NCBI RefSeq assembly: GCF_006345805.1
Contig: NC_043002.1
Coordinates: forward strand, 99,386,001 to 99,450,000
Direction of reading: 5' to 3'
DNA length: 64,000 nucleotides
Source of the DNA: Octopus sinensis
Lineage: Eukaryota
Made by a program: the position numbers and the translations under genes. The notes beneath the pieces are model-generated. The model was not told the DNA's origin. It ran no database searches and saw only the letters and a program-made list of their open reading frames with translations. Positions 34,477-49,344 of the stretch are shown piece after piece. Position 1 is the first letter of the stretch. Each line of letters begins with the position of its first letter.

Positions 34477-37467
34477 TTTGTATCTTATATTATACAACGG
34501 ATGGAGAAGTGGCTGAAACGAAGCAGCATCAAATTAAAGTGCCCTATGGTATTTAAATTGGGATTCAAATTGCACCGAGGTAAACTTTCACCTTGTACCT
34601 ATGTCATATCGTTCCTCCATATTCGGTAGGATGATATGCCATATATGTTTGAAGTTCTTATGTATATATCATAAAGCTTTGCCGGAGGTCATTTCACATT
34701 TGTGATCGAAAAAAAGTTCTTTGTTTTCCAACAAAATTAAACACTGTATAGTAAACAACACACTCATAACTTGGAAATTCAGAAATAACTTTGTTTAATC
34801 ATTTGTTAATATGATAATTTAAGATATGATAATTATTGTTAACTTCATTAAATTACCCTCTCCATACAAATTGTTGATATCATGATTTTTCAATCTGAAA
34901 TGTTTGTTGAAAGCGTGTGATAAATTTAACAACAAACTAATAAATATATTAAATTAAATACATTTCAATAGCCATACTTTTGACACTTAATCATGTAAAA
35001 TTCCGCAAACTTAAATCAATCGACTTTAATTGAAACCATTAAGCATTAATTGCTTATTAATATTACGAAATATAAAGGATAGTGAAACAATCTGCAATAT
35101 TATATCATATTGTATATACATACATGCATTCATATATATATATATATATCGCAAAATAGTTTTCGAGAAATCTGCAATCTAAATACAAAACGTCATTTTG
35201 ATTATTAACAATGCAGTAAGTTTTCTTCTTGAGTAGCAATAATTGTCTTTCTCACTTAACGACAGTTTAATTACAAAGTTTAGCTGATAATACACACGCA
35301 GATAAAATTTGAGTATTATTCTGCAAAACACCAAAGAACATCAATTTTACTAAGAAATACGAATATAGTAAGTTAATACCTGCAGTTTAAAACGTAACAT
35401 TTTTAACGTTGAATATGTTAGTACGAGTTTAGTGACGTATTAATTATTTTTTTCATATAATCCCCATATAGTACACCTGATCAAAATATATTTATATTTT
35501 TCTTTACAACATTTCTTTTATTTGTACCATAAGGAATATTTACGCAGTAGTTTAATGTGATACTTGAGTATAGTTTGACATCACATTCACTCATTATTTG
35601 CTTTAGAAACTTATTTTTTCAATCAAATTATGCCATCATTTTGTGGTATGATATTTGAAAATTTAATAATCAATATATCTATACATACCTTTCAATTACA
35701 TTTCAATTTATTTCTTAAAATTTGTATTTATTTTTGAGCTATATACACACCAGATAAATATTTATTCAATAAACTCAGACACATTAGCTTGTGTTCTTTG
35801 TAATAAACATGCTTTCATTTGAAAGGAAGTACATAATTCATCTGTAATGACGCAATGTTTTCTGATATTTTAATGTAATCAACATTTATAAAAATTGGAC
35901 TTTATAAAATTATTTACACATCAAATATGCTTGAAAACAATTTGTTTTCTCCGTCTATCATTTCCCTGACATTTTCAAGAAAATTATTATTGATTTTTTA
36001 AAAACATTATCTTTGGGTAGCTTGAATAATATAAGAATTGTTCAATTTTCAACTTAAAATTAATTATTTCAAACGATATTTTTAGGTTGGAAAACAATAT
36101 TTTCTAATTATATAAAGTGAATATTTAAATAAGCAACACTCAGTATTATAGAAGTGACAAATATGTATAAATAATAATTTTATGTATTCTGTTTAAGAAA
36201 AGTTTGTTTCAACAAAATAAAATAATTACATTATGCAGCTAACATAGGTTGCATATTTGCTCTCATATGTAATGGTGTGTATTTACCCATACAGTTCGAA
36301 ATAGGCTGACGAACGTATAATGCTACCGTAATAACATTCGTTTAACAATTTATATAAATAAATATCAGAGGTGTTCTTGTCAGGCAAATAATATGATTTG
36401 AGCCTGGATGCAGAAACTTAAATGATTTTAGCGTGCAAAACCCTTCATAGACACTGAAAATATACAAAGACCGTTAATCGATTTGGAGTAAATTCTATTT
36501 ATTTCTTTTATTTACATGTCAAAATTTTCGCTGCTCAAACTGTGACCTGATCACTGACATGCTTTTACTGAGAATCAGTAAAATCATTCCCGTGATCAGT
36601 TCTCTGTTCGTACGACGAAATATTTGTCACTTAATACTAAACGTTAAATCGACCTAACAGTCTGTGTACGTTTTAAATGGCTAGAATGTCACTTCCGAGC
36701 TTCAAACTTTATAAATAAATAGTAAAGAATAATTATAGGTAGATCAATATCCGCCATTCAATAGCCGAAATCACTTCAGATATTAAACCACGCTAACTGA
36801 CGATCTCTCCTGGCAATTGTACATCCTCAATTGGAAGTTCAACAAATCTCAAGTGAGACCTACAGTTAAGTAATGCGCACAGATTTGGCACGCTACTGCT
36901 CAGTCATACAGATTTCCTTAATAAAGAGTCCCTCCCCCACCTAATTAGTATGACACATCAACATACCCTGAACTTCGACTTGTGTTCCTTGTGTACCCTG
37001 CCTATTCTACCTTTAATATAGCGATTTCTTTTCCACACAAATAGTTCCATGACGTCGCCTTTCAAACCTTTCTGATTCACATGAGTTTTAATGTTTTCTA
37101 TAAGGATTACCATAAGTTAATTATATGCTCTAAAATGTTTGAAAATGAAGAGTTCATAACTATCGATTTGAATAAATTTTATACAAGTATAGTAAAATAA
37201 TTGTTAAAGCAAGTACAGTAAAAAGTTATTTGACTTAAACTTTACATAACACTCTGAAATTAACTATCGATTTTAATAACTGTTTTCGATAAAGCTACAG
37301 TATTTTATACAGTTTCCTATAGTTATACGAATTATATTTGTGCCGAATTTTAAAATCAATTTGCAAAATTGCGAGGAATACTTAAAGTTTAATGCGTTTT
37401 CAGAGAATAAATATTTATATTAGTTTCGATGAGGGAACAGGAAAATTTTTTGAACGAAGTAACGATA

Positions 37468-37856
37468 TACTCTCTTTTAACTTGTTTCAGTCATTTGACT
37501 GCGCTCATGCTGGAGCTCCGCCTTTAGTCTAGCAAATCGACCCCAGGACTAAATTCAATCGGTCTCCCTTTGCCGAACCGCTAGTTATGGGGACGTAATC
37601 ACACCAGCATCGGTTGTCAAGCGATGTTGGGGAGGGAAAAACACAGACACACAAACATATATATATATATAATATATATATATACACATATGTACGACGG
37701 GTTTCTTTCAGTTTCCGTCTACTAAATCCACTCACAAACTTTGGTCGGCCTGAGGCTCTAGTAGAAGACACTCGCCCAAGGTGCCACGCAGTGGGACTGA
37801 ACCCAGAACCATGTGGTTCGCAAGCAAGCTACTTACCACGCAGCTACTGCTGCGCC
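37468..37856 (-). mobile_element. tRNA-derived CORE-type SINE family B with internal (TA)n
   Basis: Reverse complement of 57052-57457. Confidence 0.9.
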
Positions 37857-38949
37857 ACATGCTAAATGGATAGTGATACTAAGTAGAATATTGGGAAAAA
37901 AGGACGTTCTGATTGTTTTACATCTTATTTGACATTTTCTTCATTGCAATGCTGCCTTCGAGTAAAGAAGGTAGTATTGTGTAATATTGTAATATTAATG
38001 AGAATTTTAATATGGGAAACCTCACAAATTATGTTGGCACATTTTAAAACGACAGACAGCTAATTATCATGCTGTCGTTGAACATCATAAAATTAATTTC
38101 AAAGGTCAGAATGACATAAATGTCAGAACCACACATTAAATAGTTTGCAAATGTGCAATTTGGCTAATGCCTTAGCTGAGTTAGGCATTACTGGATTGGT
38201 GCAATTTCCATTACCGAGAACATCAGTAATAATTGTTTATAACAACGATAAAATCTCACAAATTTGGATACTAGAGAATATCAATCTCAGAGCTTGACGG
38301 GTGTTTTATTTTATCAACTGCGTTATGATAAAACTCAAGTTGACTTCCTCAGATTTGAAGTACGGTCGTAGAAAGCCGGAATAAATACTGCAAACTATTT
38401 TGCTCGCTAATGTAGCGATTTTTGCCGATCAACCAGCCCATCAACATCAATAGTGAAGATTTCTAACAATAGCCCATTGCAAGTTGATATAATAGATTGC
38501 ATCGATTCAGTAATTGATTATATTGATTGTGTAACTATTGCATTTTATTAAACCGGGGAAGATGACATGCAAAGATGTCGTAAGGGTAATTCGTACTCAA
38601 GGCACAAAAACATGCAACTAAATTCAGCAAGAAACAGTAAAATTTCTAGTTATCCACCGCGAAAAGTTCATTAAAAATTGTTTTTTTGTTGTGTTTTGTT
38701 TTTTTAATTTAGCCACAATTCCTGCAATATAGAGGGGACATTTTCGTCGATTCAATCACAAGTATGACTTGACTAGTGCTTATAATTGACTTTATTTTAT
38801 CCATTTTAGTAGGAGGAAAAGTACAGTTGGACCAGGTGCATTTGAAACTTAGAATATAAACTTTGAAACTAAATACTCCAACATAGTTTTCCAACGTCCT
38901 ACCAATTCTCTCGTTCACAGCCCCGAAACATCACACATGTATTGATTTT

Positions 38950-39135
38950 AGTCAGGTGTTGGTATATTTTCTACCATCAACAGTCAGTACGCGACCGGTA
39001 CGGTGCCACGTCGACTCCGACAAAAATGAAGAGCCAAGTTGACTTCAGTGAGAATTAATCCCATACAGTAAAAGACACGGACCAAATACCACAAAGCATC
39101 TTCTCCGGCGTGCTAACGATTCTACAGCTTCACTA
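38950..39135 (-). mobile_element. Degenerate SINE family A
   Basis: Remnants aagttgacttc and ccggcgtgctaacgattct. Confidence 0.5.
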
Positions 39136-40689
39136 ATACTGATAAGTGCTTTGTGAACTTTCACTGATGCAACAGAACATATTTTCAAAAAGGATGGATT
39201 CTGCCATACATATTCATCACAGATGCCCCAACGAATCACAAAAAACACAACTGTCGCAATAACACTATGTATTTTTACAGGCTAAGTAGAATGTATTGTT
39301 CGGTATCAAATTGTGAGACGCTTGAGTTTCAAAAATTACCATATCAACCATGCACAATTAAGAAAATATATTTTTCTTTTTAGGGATTTAAAATTACAAT
39401 GTTTTGCATCACAAATAAACGATGAACTCTCACTCATGTGTTATGAACTTTAGAGCTTCCCATTAAATTTAATGAGTTTCAATTATTTTTCAATGTTTCG
39501 AACGCCTTTTTCCTCTATTTTTAAGTAGGATATCTTAACCGCTATACACGAAACAAAATTAACACTTTGGTGTTATTCATCAGGGTCGGAAAATATTTGG
39601 AATTGCAAAACACATCTGACTGCATTGCCGGTGCTATTAACGGGAGCTGAACAACCTGTAATGTATCATTAGGTGAAATTTTAACAAAGAACAGGAGAAT
39701 CATGAATTACACAGTTAATTGGTACCTTCATTAGATATAGTATAGCTTTAAGAAATGAAACGTATCAGTAAATATTATGATCTCTTTATCGCGAGTAAGA
39801 GTTCAAAAATTGTAAAAGAAATCAATAAATGGAGACATATAAATTGCATTGAGCAACCTGAGGCCAGATCACAATTTACGCGTTGACCCTATCTCAGAAG
39901 TGATAATGCACTTTTACAAACGCTTCGTGAAATATCTATACACTTTAAAAATAAATATTTGGTATAATTTTGTTTGGGTTCAGAAGTGGTTATTTCAAAT
40001 AAAACGGAGACATAATTAAAGGTGCTGAAAATATTCATACTTTCGTTCAACACAAATTGAACTCTTCATAGTTCTTCCAAAATTCAAGAAGAATTGTCAA
40101 CAATGCTACTCCATTCTATCTAATTCGTTAAAACAATTTAAATACAATTTGATAAAAAGAACTATGTATCTTTATTCTTGTTGGTTTGTAACCTTCATTG
40201 ATAGTGGCAGACATTATCATTCCATTCATTAATTCTTTTGTTGCTAACATAATTTTTATAAAATTGAGTTCAAATTGGTAGCGCTGATAATATCAATGCG
40301 AGTTATACTTAAAAAAATATTCCATACAGTTATATATCTTAGGACGGCATATTTAATTGTCTCGAACATATTTGAGAATTCTATGATATTCAATAAATTA
40401 TTGATTATCAAAACAAAATTCAATTTATGGGGGAAAAGTTTGAAACTAGTCAGAGAATATGTAAGAGGTTGATTGAAATTCTCTGTTAGAGAAAAATTTA
40501 CGAAATGTTTTACAGCGAATATTTGTTACATAGACACAAATTTGAGATAAAACAAAACATATTTTTCTAACAAAGATAATCAATTTTGAATCTGCTGACC
40601 GACTTACGATTTATGCGTACAAACATATAGACAAACATATACACACAGAAAAAACATTCGCACATATATGTTTATATATATATATATAT

Positions 40690-40767
<78 letters not shown>

Positions 40768-41127
40768 CAGAAAGGAGATGACAAGGGAATAAATTATTAT
40801 CTCAGAACTCCATTAGCTTACAGTTGTTTCCACTCTAAGAAGCGGTGGTGTCAAAGCTGAGTGCCTGACTAATGCCTGACAGTTTCATCAGAGCCTTACC
40901 ACTGAGTCAGTGAACAGAAAATGGAAGAAAATGCACAAGAGAATGTTATGACAAATATTGAATTAGCTCAAAGCTTAAAGGAAAAAGAATGAGCAGGAAG
41001 TCAACATCTCAGATGTTAATCCTTTACCGGAATAAAAAATTGACGAAAAGCATAGGAGAGATGGGGAATGAAAGAGGAAAAAACAACACAACGGGCAGAG
41101 GCTTATGAGCCAGGCGGGAATACAGTT

Positions 41128-41129
<2 letters not shown>
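40768..41129 (-). mobile_element. Penelope-like pLTR fragment in (TA)n
   Basis: Pyrimidine-rich stretch followed by a hammerhead motif, bounded by TA repeats on both sides. Confidence 0.6.
40815..40895 (-). ncRNA. Minimal type I hammerhead ribozyme, slightly decayed
   Basis: GGCT-CTGATGA-[AACT...AGTG]-GAAA-C-AACT-G-TA-AGCT. The core is intact, stem I is 4 bp including a G.U pair, and loop III is one base off a palindrome. Confidence 0.65.
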
Positions 41130-41171
<42 letters not shown>

Positions 41172-41647
41172 GTGTGTGTGTGTGTGTGAGTGTGTGTGTG
41201 TGTGCGTGTGTGTGTCTGTGTGTGTGTATGTATAGTGAGCAGAAAATCAACAAACAAATTGACTATCCATTTGTCAAATGTAGCACATCCGATCTTGTAC
41301 ATGGAGCTTCATAAGAGTGGATACAAATACCTGAAATAAAAGACGAGAAGAGGGAGGAGGAAAGAACATGGCCTCGAGATGTTCTCGAGAGTGCATTTAC
41401 CTTCAAATTATAATGCTAAATCTAACCTCTTAAATATCCAGCATAGTACCAAGTGGTGATTATACTAGACGAACAAGTAAATGTCTAAATCTTCCTCAGT
41501 ACATTCTGCTTATTAGACATATGAGAAGTCGAAAGCTCAAAACCCCAAAATAGTTAAATGATCACAAGTGAAGCCTTCACTTGCCAATTACTAACATGGT
41601 TACAAATTCAGTGTCCTACTATAGTTTACTTAATACTACTTATATAT

Positions 41648-41684
<37 letters not shown>

Positions 41685-42129
41685 TATATATATTATATGT
41701 ATATTTAAATCTTTACTGATAGAAGAGCTATAAAATGTGCAATAAATGTGGTTGGCGACATTGTTTTAGAATCATTAAACGCTTCGATAAAATGATCATC
41801 ATGAAAGTGATAGTTATGTTTCCTTTTTAGTAAATCGTTCGTTGAATATCGATAAATATATAAATAAACCACAAAATACATCAATTTCATAGAGAATAGT
41901 TAGAAATCAATTTACACAATTAGCAAAGCATTCTGAACTTAGCAGTCTCAAAAGAATGGAAAGAAATTGCTCCTTGTTAGGTAAAAGATAAAAACATATG
42001 AAAAATTAATCAAGCTCAATACGCTACTTGTGGGTATTTCATAAACTACCCCGGTTTTTGATTTATCCACAATGAGGTTCGTCATTAGACAAGTGCTACA
42101 CTCCTGTGTGTGTATATATATATATGTAT

Positions 42130-42320
42130 GATCTGTTGTTTACAACTTCTTCCCAACGTTCAACAAGATTTTCAATACCTCGTTGGTAGAAATCACCCGA
42201 TTTCGACTCGAACAACTGATGCAACCAAGCTCCTAATTCTGCATCAGTATAGAACGAAACTCCGCGCATTGCATCATTTGATAGAGATCGAAAGAGGTGG
42301 AAATCCGTTGGTGCCAAATA
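42130..42320 (-). mobile_element. Mariner transposase 3' fragment
   Basis: LAPTDFHLFRSLS...FYQRGIENLVERWEEVVNN; same family as 43980-44470. Confidence 0.85.
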
Positions 42321-43329
42321 TGTGAGTGTGCGTGTGTGTGCATACATTAAATTCATAGTAAGTTTGAAGTTGTACTGGTGACTGGTTTGTAAAAGTAAGT
42401 ATATTCTCAAACCTTTTGTATACTTCCAGTCGATATTTGATTTTTGATATACAATTATACATCAAAACCATACACATAAACATACATAGTCACAAATACA
42501 TACAGATGCATTTTTGTGTGTCTTTATCTCAGTTTATACTCATATTTCCAGTATACCATTAGTTTTATGTTTTTTATAAGCGTTGAGTAGATTTAGAATA
42601 CAATGGTAGACAAAATATTAGATCGAATATACAGTAGTTTCGACACAGTAAGTGTTTTGCAGATAAGTTAATTGACTATGAATTAACTGACTCCAATTTC
42701 CATGAGTAAGCAGAGAAATATTGTATGCTGATTCGAAACGAATCAATTACTATCAAGTCTTTGTTCTACCTTCGAAATGTACCATGGGAAATATATATAA
42801 TTTCCATTTCATGAGTCCATTTTTATTTGATCGGCAAATGTAAGAAAGAAAATACAGTTGAATATACGTATGATTAATGTTCCTATATCTTTAGCGAATT
42901 TATGCAGAACAAATTTTGAGCAAAATCAAAAAGGAAACTAAGAATTACAAAAAAAGAATTATCTTACCAAATATATTCCATAAATTTGCTATACATGAAC
43001 ACACATTTATTTATTCGGTGATACAGGTCATAAAGTTAACATCTAGTGTAGTCTGTAATGCACACGTAACAAACGGTGAAGCTTAGCATTCATAGGAAAT
43101 GAACAAAACATGTCTAATATTATTTGGACGTTCCTTGTTATGTTTTCCACGTGACACTTGTGGTTGTTGAGATCAAATACTCTCGGTATTCACTACATAT
43201 CCAGGCTCATAAAAAAAATCAGAAATAGAAAAATTTTTTACCTCCCAAAATATGCCATAAAACATCAGAAAGCCAACATTCAGCAGCTGCTACTGCTACT
43301 GCTGAGGATGACAAGGCTACTCCTCCTCC

Positions 43330-43343
43330 GCCTCTTCCTCCAT

Positions 43344-43419
<76 letters not shown>

Positions 43420-43460
43420 TACTAAAACAGCAACAACAACATAATAACAATAATAACCTA
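43330..43460. repeat. (CTA)n/(CAA)n/(TAA)n microsatellite
   Basis: Direct reading. Confidence 0.95.
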
Positions 43461-43466
43461 ATAACC

Positions 43467-43666
43467 GTTCTACTGTTGGCACAAGGCCTGGAGAGGGGGA
43501 TAATCGATCACATCAACCCCAATACCCAACTGGTACTTATTCTATCACGTCGTAAAAAAGAGAGGCAAAGTCGACCTCGACAGAATTTAAACTCAGAGCG
43601 TAAAGACAGGCAAAATGTCGCTAAGTATTTTCCCTGGCGTGCTAACGATTCTACTAGCTCGCCGCC
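43467..43666 (-). mobile_element. tRNA-derived SINE family A
   Basis: ggcaaagtcgacctcg core and ggcgtgctaacgattct...gctcgccgcc head. Confidence 0.8.
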
Positions 43667-43752
43667 TTTCTAATGGTAGTAATGATAACAATAATAACAA
43701 TCATTATAATAATAATCATCAGAAATTCAAATATTCAACGATGTGAACATCG

Positions 43753-43785
<33 letters not shown>

Positions 43786-43979
43786 ATTTTTTTCTATCAG
43801 TAATTAAATAGAGAACAAGGTGAACTGGTTCTTTTCAAGACCAAGGTCAGCGCTGTCATTGATCGCTAGTAGTAATAAATATATTTGACCTCTGCTGACC
43901 CCAAGCATGTGAGGCCTCTTTTGTTTCCTTATCGCGCAGGAATGTCCACTGCTGATCTCCTTACCATCTGCCGAATGTA

Positions 43980-44470
43980 TTGGGTTGGCAACTAAGTTCC
44001 CGCCGTTTTTTTAAATTAAAATTTTTTAAAAGGTTTAATAAAAAATTACAACAAATTAATCAATAATGTATTCATCCTTGTTGTTTACAACTTCTTCGCA
44101 ACGTTCAACAAGATTTTCAATACCTCGTTGGTAGAAATCACCAGATTTCGACTCGAAAAACTGATCCAACCAAGCTCCCAATTCTGCATTAGTATTGAAC
44201 GAAACTCCGTGCATTGCATTTGATAGAGATCGAAAGAGGTGGAAATCCGTTGGTGCCAAATCAGGAGAGTACGGCAGGTGTGGCAGCACTTTCCGGCTAT
44301 GCGTTTGAATAGCTTCCTTGGTCGTATCGGTGATATGAGGGAGGGCGTTGTCTTGCAGCAGAAAAAATCCATGCTGCCGATTAGGTATTTTCTCTTGAAT
44401 AGCCTTGTTGAGTCGTTCCATCGTTTGAAAAAGAGTTCCGTATTGACCACTTAGTTCCGTTCAAGCAATT
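43980..44470 (-). mobile_element. Mariner (DD34D) 3' half with TIR
   Basis: TA|TTGGGTTGGCAACTAAG TIR and ORF 44056..44421 with QDNA..H and YSPDLAPTDFHLF. Confidence 0.92.
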
Positions 44471-44494
44471 CGTAATGGCTAATCCCTTCCCAGT

Positions 44495-44571
<77 letters not shown>

Positions 44572-44585
44572 GCTACTACTACTAA
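44495..44585. repeat. (CTA)n microsatellite
   Basis: Direct reading. Confidence 0.95.
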
Positions 44586-44782
44586 TATGACGTTGACGAC
44601 ATACGGCGGCAGCTATGCGGCATATAATGCGACAACGACGACAACGAATAATTATAATAATAACAATGAGATTTTCTGCTATAAGCACAAGGCCTAAAAT
44701 TTTTGTCAACTACATCGACACCATCGTTCAACTCGTACTTATTTCGTGGATATCAAGGAATGAAAGGTAAAGTCAACTTCGA

Positions 44783-45296
44783 CTGGCTCTCAAAGCTTTC
44801 GACCGTAACTGATTGGAAAGTGTTATCATCTACATGTTTTGTCTTGGCACAAAAGATGGGCTACAGAACATATTCTGCTCATTACTTCAGATTTGCTTTT
44901 CAGTTGCTTGACCCTAACTTGTTTAGCATGTCTTTTAGTGGCTGACGATATGTGCATCTCTCATCACGAGCAGAAGCAGTTGGGGAGCATCGTAACCATG
45001 TGTTGAGGGGAATTCTTTTGGGGGTTTGAATAATTCCCCATAGGAAAAATGAGTGTTTCATTCATCATCTGTAAACAACCCTTACTTAGCGACGTTTTTA
45101 GCTAGATGGCTACTCGAGCTGAAGAAATTTCTAACTGGCTCCACCTGCAAGACACGGGATCACCACGTCGTGCACATATGATTGTAGTGCATGTGCCTGG
45201 TGTGCTGTTATCAGATAGGTAAATAAGGTGGGTATATTGGGCTTTATATATTTGTCCCAGTTTTACTTTGTTGGCATACGGTGCTCATTCACTCAA
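44783..45296 (+). mobile_element. Old diverged copy of the ORF-less (TAA)n element
   Basis: Aligns along its length to the reverse complement of 19398-19960 and ends ...CACTCAA before (TAA)n. Confidence 0.8.
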
Positions 45297-45490
<194 letters not shown>

Positions 45491-47849
45491 TACTTCACCA
45501 TTCAAACTTTTGGAACAGTTCGAGCTGTTTTATGGGTAGTGGTAAGCCGATTACATTGACCCCACAGCTCAAGATGTACTTATTTTATCGACCCCGTTGT
45601 GAAACTCCACCACAATGGAATTTAAGTTAGGAAGTTTAATGAGCGGAGCTACATGTCAATAAAGAAAATGTTGGATTTTAAAAAAGGGTAAGTTAAAGAG
45701 AGAACAATGCGGAACGATTAATGGGAGAAGGATGATGAATTTAACGAGAAAACACAAGGTGTTTATCGAGAATATACCTGAGACGCTTGGTATCGTACAC
45801 CACTACCGGGCTGAAATATGTTTAGTACTACGAATATATATCAACGTATAAAACCGAAACATGACGAAAATATTGATCTATAACTGCCAAATTATATATT
45901 GATTTACTAGTAAAATTGTGTTGATTTTTGTCATAAGTAATCAATGCATTGCAAATGCTCATAGTGGTCAACGAAATTATAGACGTTATTCGTTAGTTTG
46001 TCAGGTAAGTAACAGATCACGAGTCATATCAATTTCATAGCGATTAGTCACCGCAAGAAAAGAAATAGAGTTTATCATTCAGCCTAAGATTAAAAAGAGG
46101 AATGTGTACTTTGAATTTGTCGCATAAAATGAAGTTAAACACAACAACATCGAAAATAAACAAACTGGTACTCTACAAAAATGGTGACAACCTAAATAAA
46201 GGACAGAATATTGCTCCAAATGCTCTACATAGAAAGCAAACAAAATTCATTAACGAATACGAGATGAAAGCATTTCAACATTAATGGCAATTTTACTTAA
46301 ATAAAAATCTGACATAATATTTTCACATAAACTTTTAAACGAGTATTCACCCATTCCTGAACTCTTAAGAGAAACTATACATAAAACGGAGATGCATATA
46401 GGAGCAGATTTTTAGCAGATTTTTATTCACAAGTATTTTGGTTACGTGGAATTCAAAGCCTCAGTTATTGCTGTACTGACTTTTCTGTTTGCACCAAAGA
46501 TGTTAAGATGGAATAGTTTTATGTAAGCAGTTGGTGCTCTTATTTGTTTTAGAGTCGTGTCTTTTTCTGTTTTTGTAGATTTTTCTTTTTTTGTTGTTAT
46601 AAGGGCAACTTTAACTGTGTTTTATGTTCTTACCATTTCTTAACATTTCCGTGGTTGTAATTGTGCTTGTATTTCTGAAACTGGCTTAGTTATCTATATA
46701 TACGTATAATTACTGTGGTGCATATTTTAGGAGTGGGTTGCTGGTTGCTGTATCTTCGATGCTTCCTCGAAATTTCATAGGGTTCAGCGTTGCGTGATTG
46801 TCACTGGTTTTTCTCCGGCACCAATTTCTTCTTGGAATCTTCCATTCGCTTTCATCAATTGATGAATCGGTGATAGAGGAGAAATTTTAATAGGAGAAGG
46901 GAAACCTTATATACTGCAAGCATCTAACTCTTGTGCAATTTTTATGTTTGAGTCCTTTAACTGTTTTTGTTTTATCGGAAGACATGCATAGGGTGTATGT
47001 TTGGTCAGTTATGAATGGGTACGAGCGAATATGATAGATTACCTTTAAAATTGCTGCTTTGGTGAGAAACCGTCTTGTGGTTATTGATACAAATACCTGT
47101 CATAGTGATGCTGCATCCACTCTTGTACTTGCTGTTATTTCGGCGCGCTAACAGAAGAAATACATTACTTTTCTCCCCTTCTCTGCCGTCACTACACATT
47201 CTAGGCCAGTTTCTTTGGTATTCCAACAGCATGGTCCAGCATAATAACAATAACAGAACAATAAATATATTTCTAATTGTGTGACAAGGCCAGCAATCTT
47301 TAGGGCAGGGGATTATTCGATATCGTGGACCTTAGTTTTTTCAAGTAGTTCCTCATTTTATCGATCACGGAAAGATGCAATGCAAAGTGAGCGCTATCGG
47401 ATTTGAATTTAGAACGTAACAAACAGGCAAAACATCACCCCCAAAAGCTCTGATTGTCATCTTACTGTCTTCTGTAAGGAAGATTGGAAAATTCTAACAG
47501 GGCACCATAGAACCGCTTCTTTAAAAATTTCAGGCATGATGTAAAAATTTCTATGAGTTGATACAAAAATTTGTCAAAATGACTCTCTAAAAGGTCAGGC
47601 AAATTACCGAATACAGAAAAGTACATAAGACACAGGTGACACAATTAGGTCAATAGAACATATTCATTCAAATAGTCAGAATTAAAAGAAAGAAACGATA
47701 AAACACCGCACAAAAAATAACAAGAACTATTAAAAATGGATAATAGAAGCCAGAGTAATATGAAATAATGAACTAAAGGGTAGAAATAAGATAATAGGTA
47801 TGAATAAAACTGCCCACCCGAGTTATAAAATACAGAGAAGAAACTGGAA

Positions 47850-47993
47850 TTGAGTTCCACCGACGAAAAATATCATAAAGAAAAGAAACAATGCATAAAA
47901 AATGGTCGGACAAAATCAGATGGAATTGTATATGATAGCAAAATATGTGGCAAAAAGTCAATAGGTACTCAGAACCTTAATAGTTTCGGCATC

Positions 47994-48062
<69 letters not shown>

Positions 48063-48461
48063 AGAGGGAGAGAGAGAGAGAAATAGAGAGAGAGAGAGAA
48101 TAGGAGTTGAGATCTGGACAGCTTACGCGTAGAAGCGAAATCGCATTTGATTTTAGTTGCACGGAATTAATTCAAAAATAAGAAAATGAAAAAAAAAAAT
48201 GCTAAAATGAAGCAACGTCTATGCAATCAGTGCAATGAAACAATTCAGACATCGTTTCCGGCCGTACAGTCGTTGGCAACTTCAAATATATTCAAACGCA
48301 CGTACGAATCAGCGGCAGGAAATCATCGTACAATATGTCAGCTCCTCGACATGAACACGGATAAATTGGAATATGCATCTGTTAAACACTGCACACGACA
48401 TCTCTCTGGCAATAATCATCTGGAATGCACTTATGCTAACGTTCAAGGAAGTGTAAGCTAG
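47850..48461 (+). pseudogene. Possible decayed GIY-YIG (Penelope-like) endonuclease fragments, split by (GA)n
   Basis: TKSDGIVYDSKICGKKSIGT and CNQCNE...RHLSGNNHLECTYANV loosely resemble GIY-YIG motifs. Judged by eye only. Confidence 0.3.
47998..48100. repeat. (GA)n microsatellite
   Basis: Direct reading. Confidence 0.95.
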
Positions 48462-49344
48462 GTTTCCAGCTAAAGTTATCCATGATTGGAATGAAACTAA
48501 AGTTTCTCTATTCTGATAGATATCTTGAACCATTCTCATCTAAACATTGCCTCGGAAATCAGTGGAGACACTGGCCCTGAAGTTAAAACAAACAGGTATA
48601 GGAGAATAACGTGAAAACTTCCAATGATAATTGAGCCAAAGCACATGATACAATAATATAGGCAAAAGCATTAAAAATATATCAGGTTCCACCTTACACT
48701 GTGAAGAGATTGTTGTGCTACAAATAACTTTCTAAGACATTTTAAATTCAATTCAAGCACAATACAATCAGTGCATTCTTTGCTCATAAAATATATCCTG
48801 TACAATTATCACCCAATAAAACAATGCAACTCACACATCACATAATCAACAGATTTGTCACCTTGTAATATAGTACAACGCACACTCTACACAACAGCCA
48901 TTGTTCGACAGTTAAATAAATAACCCTAATCATAAATCACACACGAAACACAAACACCACCAAAGAAAATAAAGGAACCCTCTTTCGAAATATTTCAAGT
49001 AAAATATGAAACATTAACATAACACATAAACCAATGAAAAAGATCGCGCAACAAAGGAAAACTCTTGCTTACGAAATTGTATAGCACAGTAAGAAAATGT
49101 TTTTGCCCGTATAAACACCACAGAGGTACAACTTGTCGTTCCGTAGAAACTTGCACAAAACTGATTGAATTGTGAGGATAATTGGCACAGCCAGAATTAT
49201 CAGGAAATTATTATATGGCTGAATAGAACATATGACATGATACTGTAGGCTGCAAGCAGCAAGCCCGTTGCGCATACAAGACTCCAAGCGTTCCAACAAA
49301 ACCTGATTTAGAAACAATAATGGTCTCAATTTTTGGTAGAGGAC

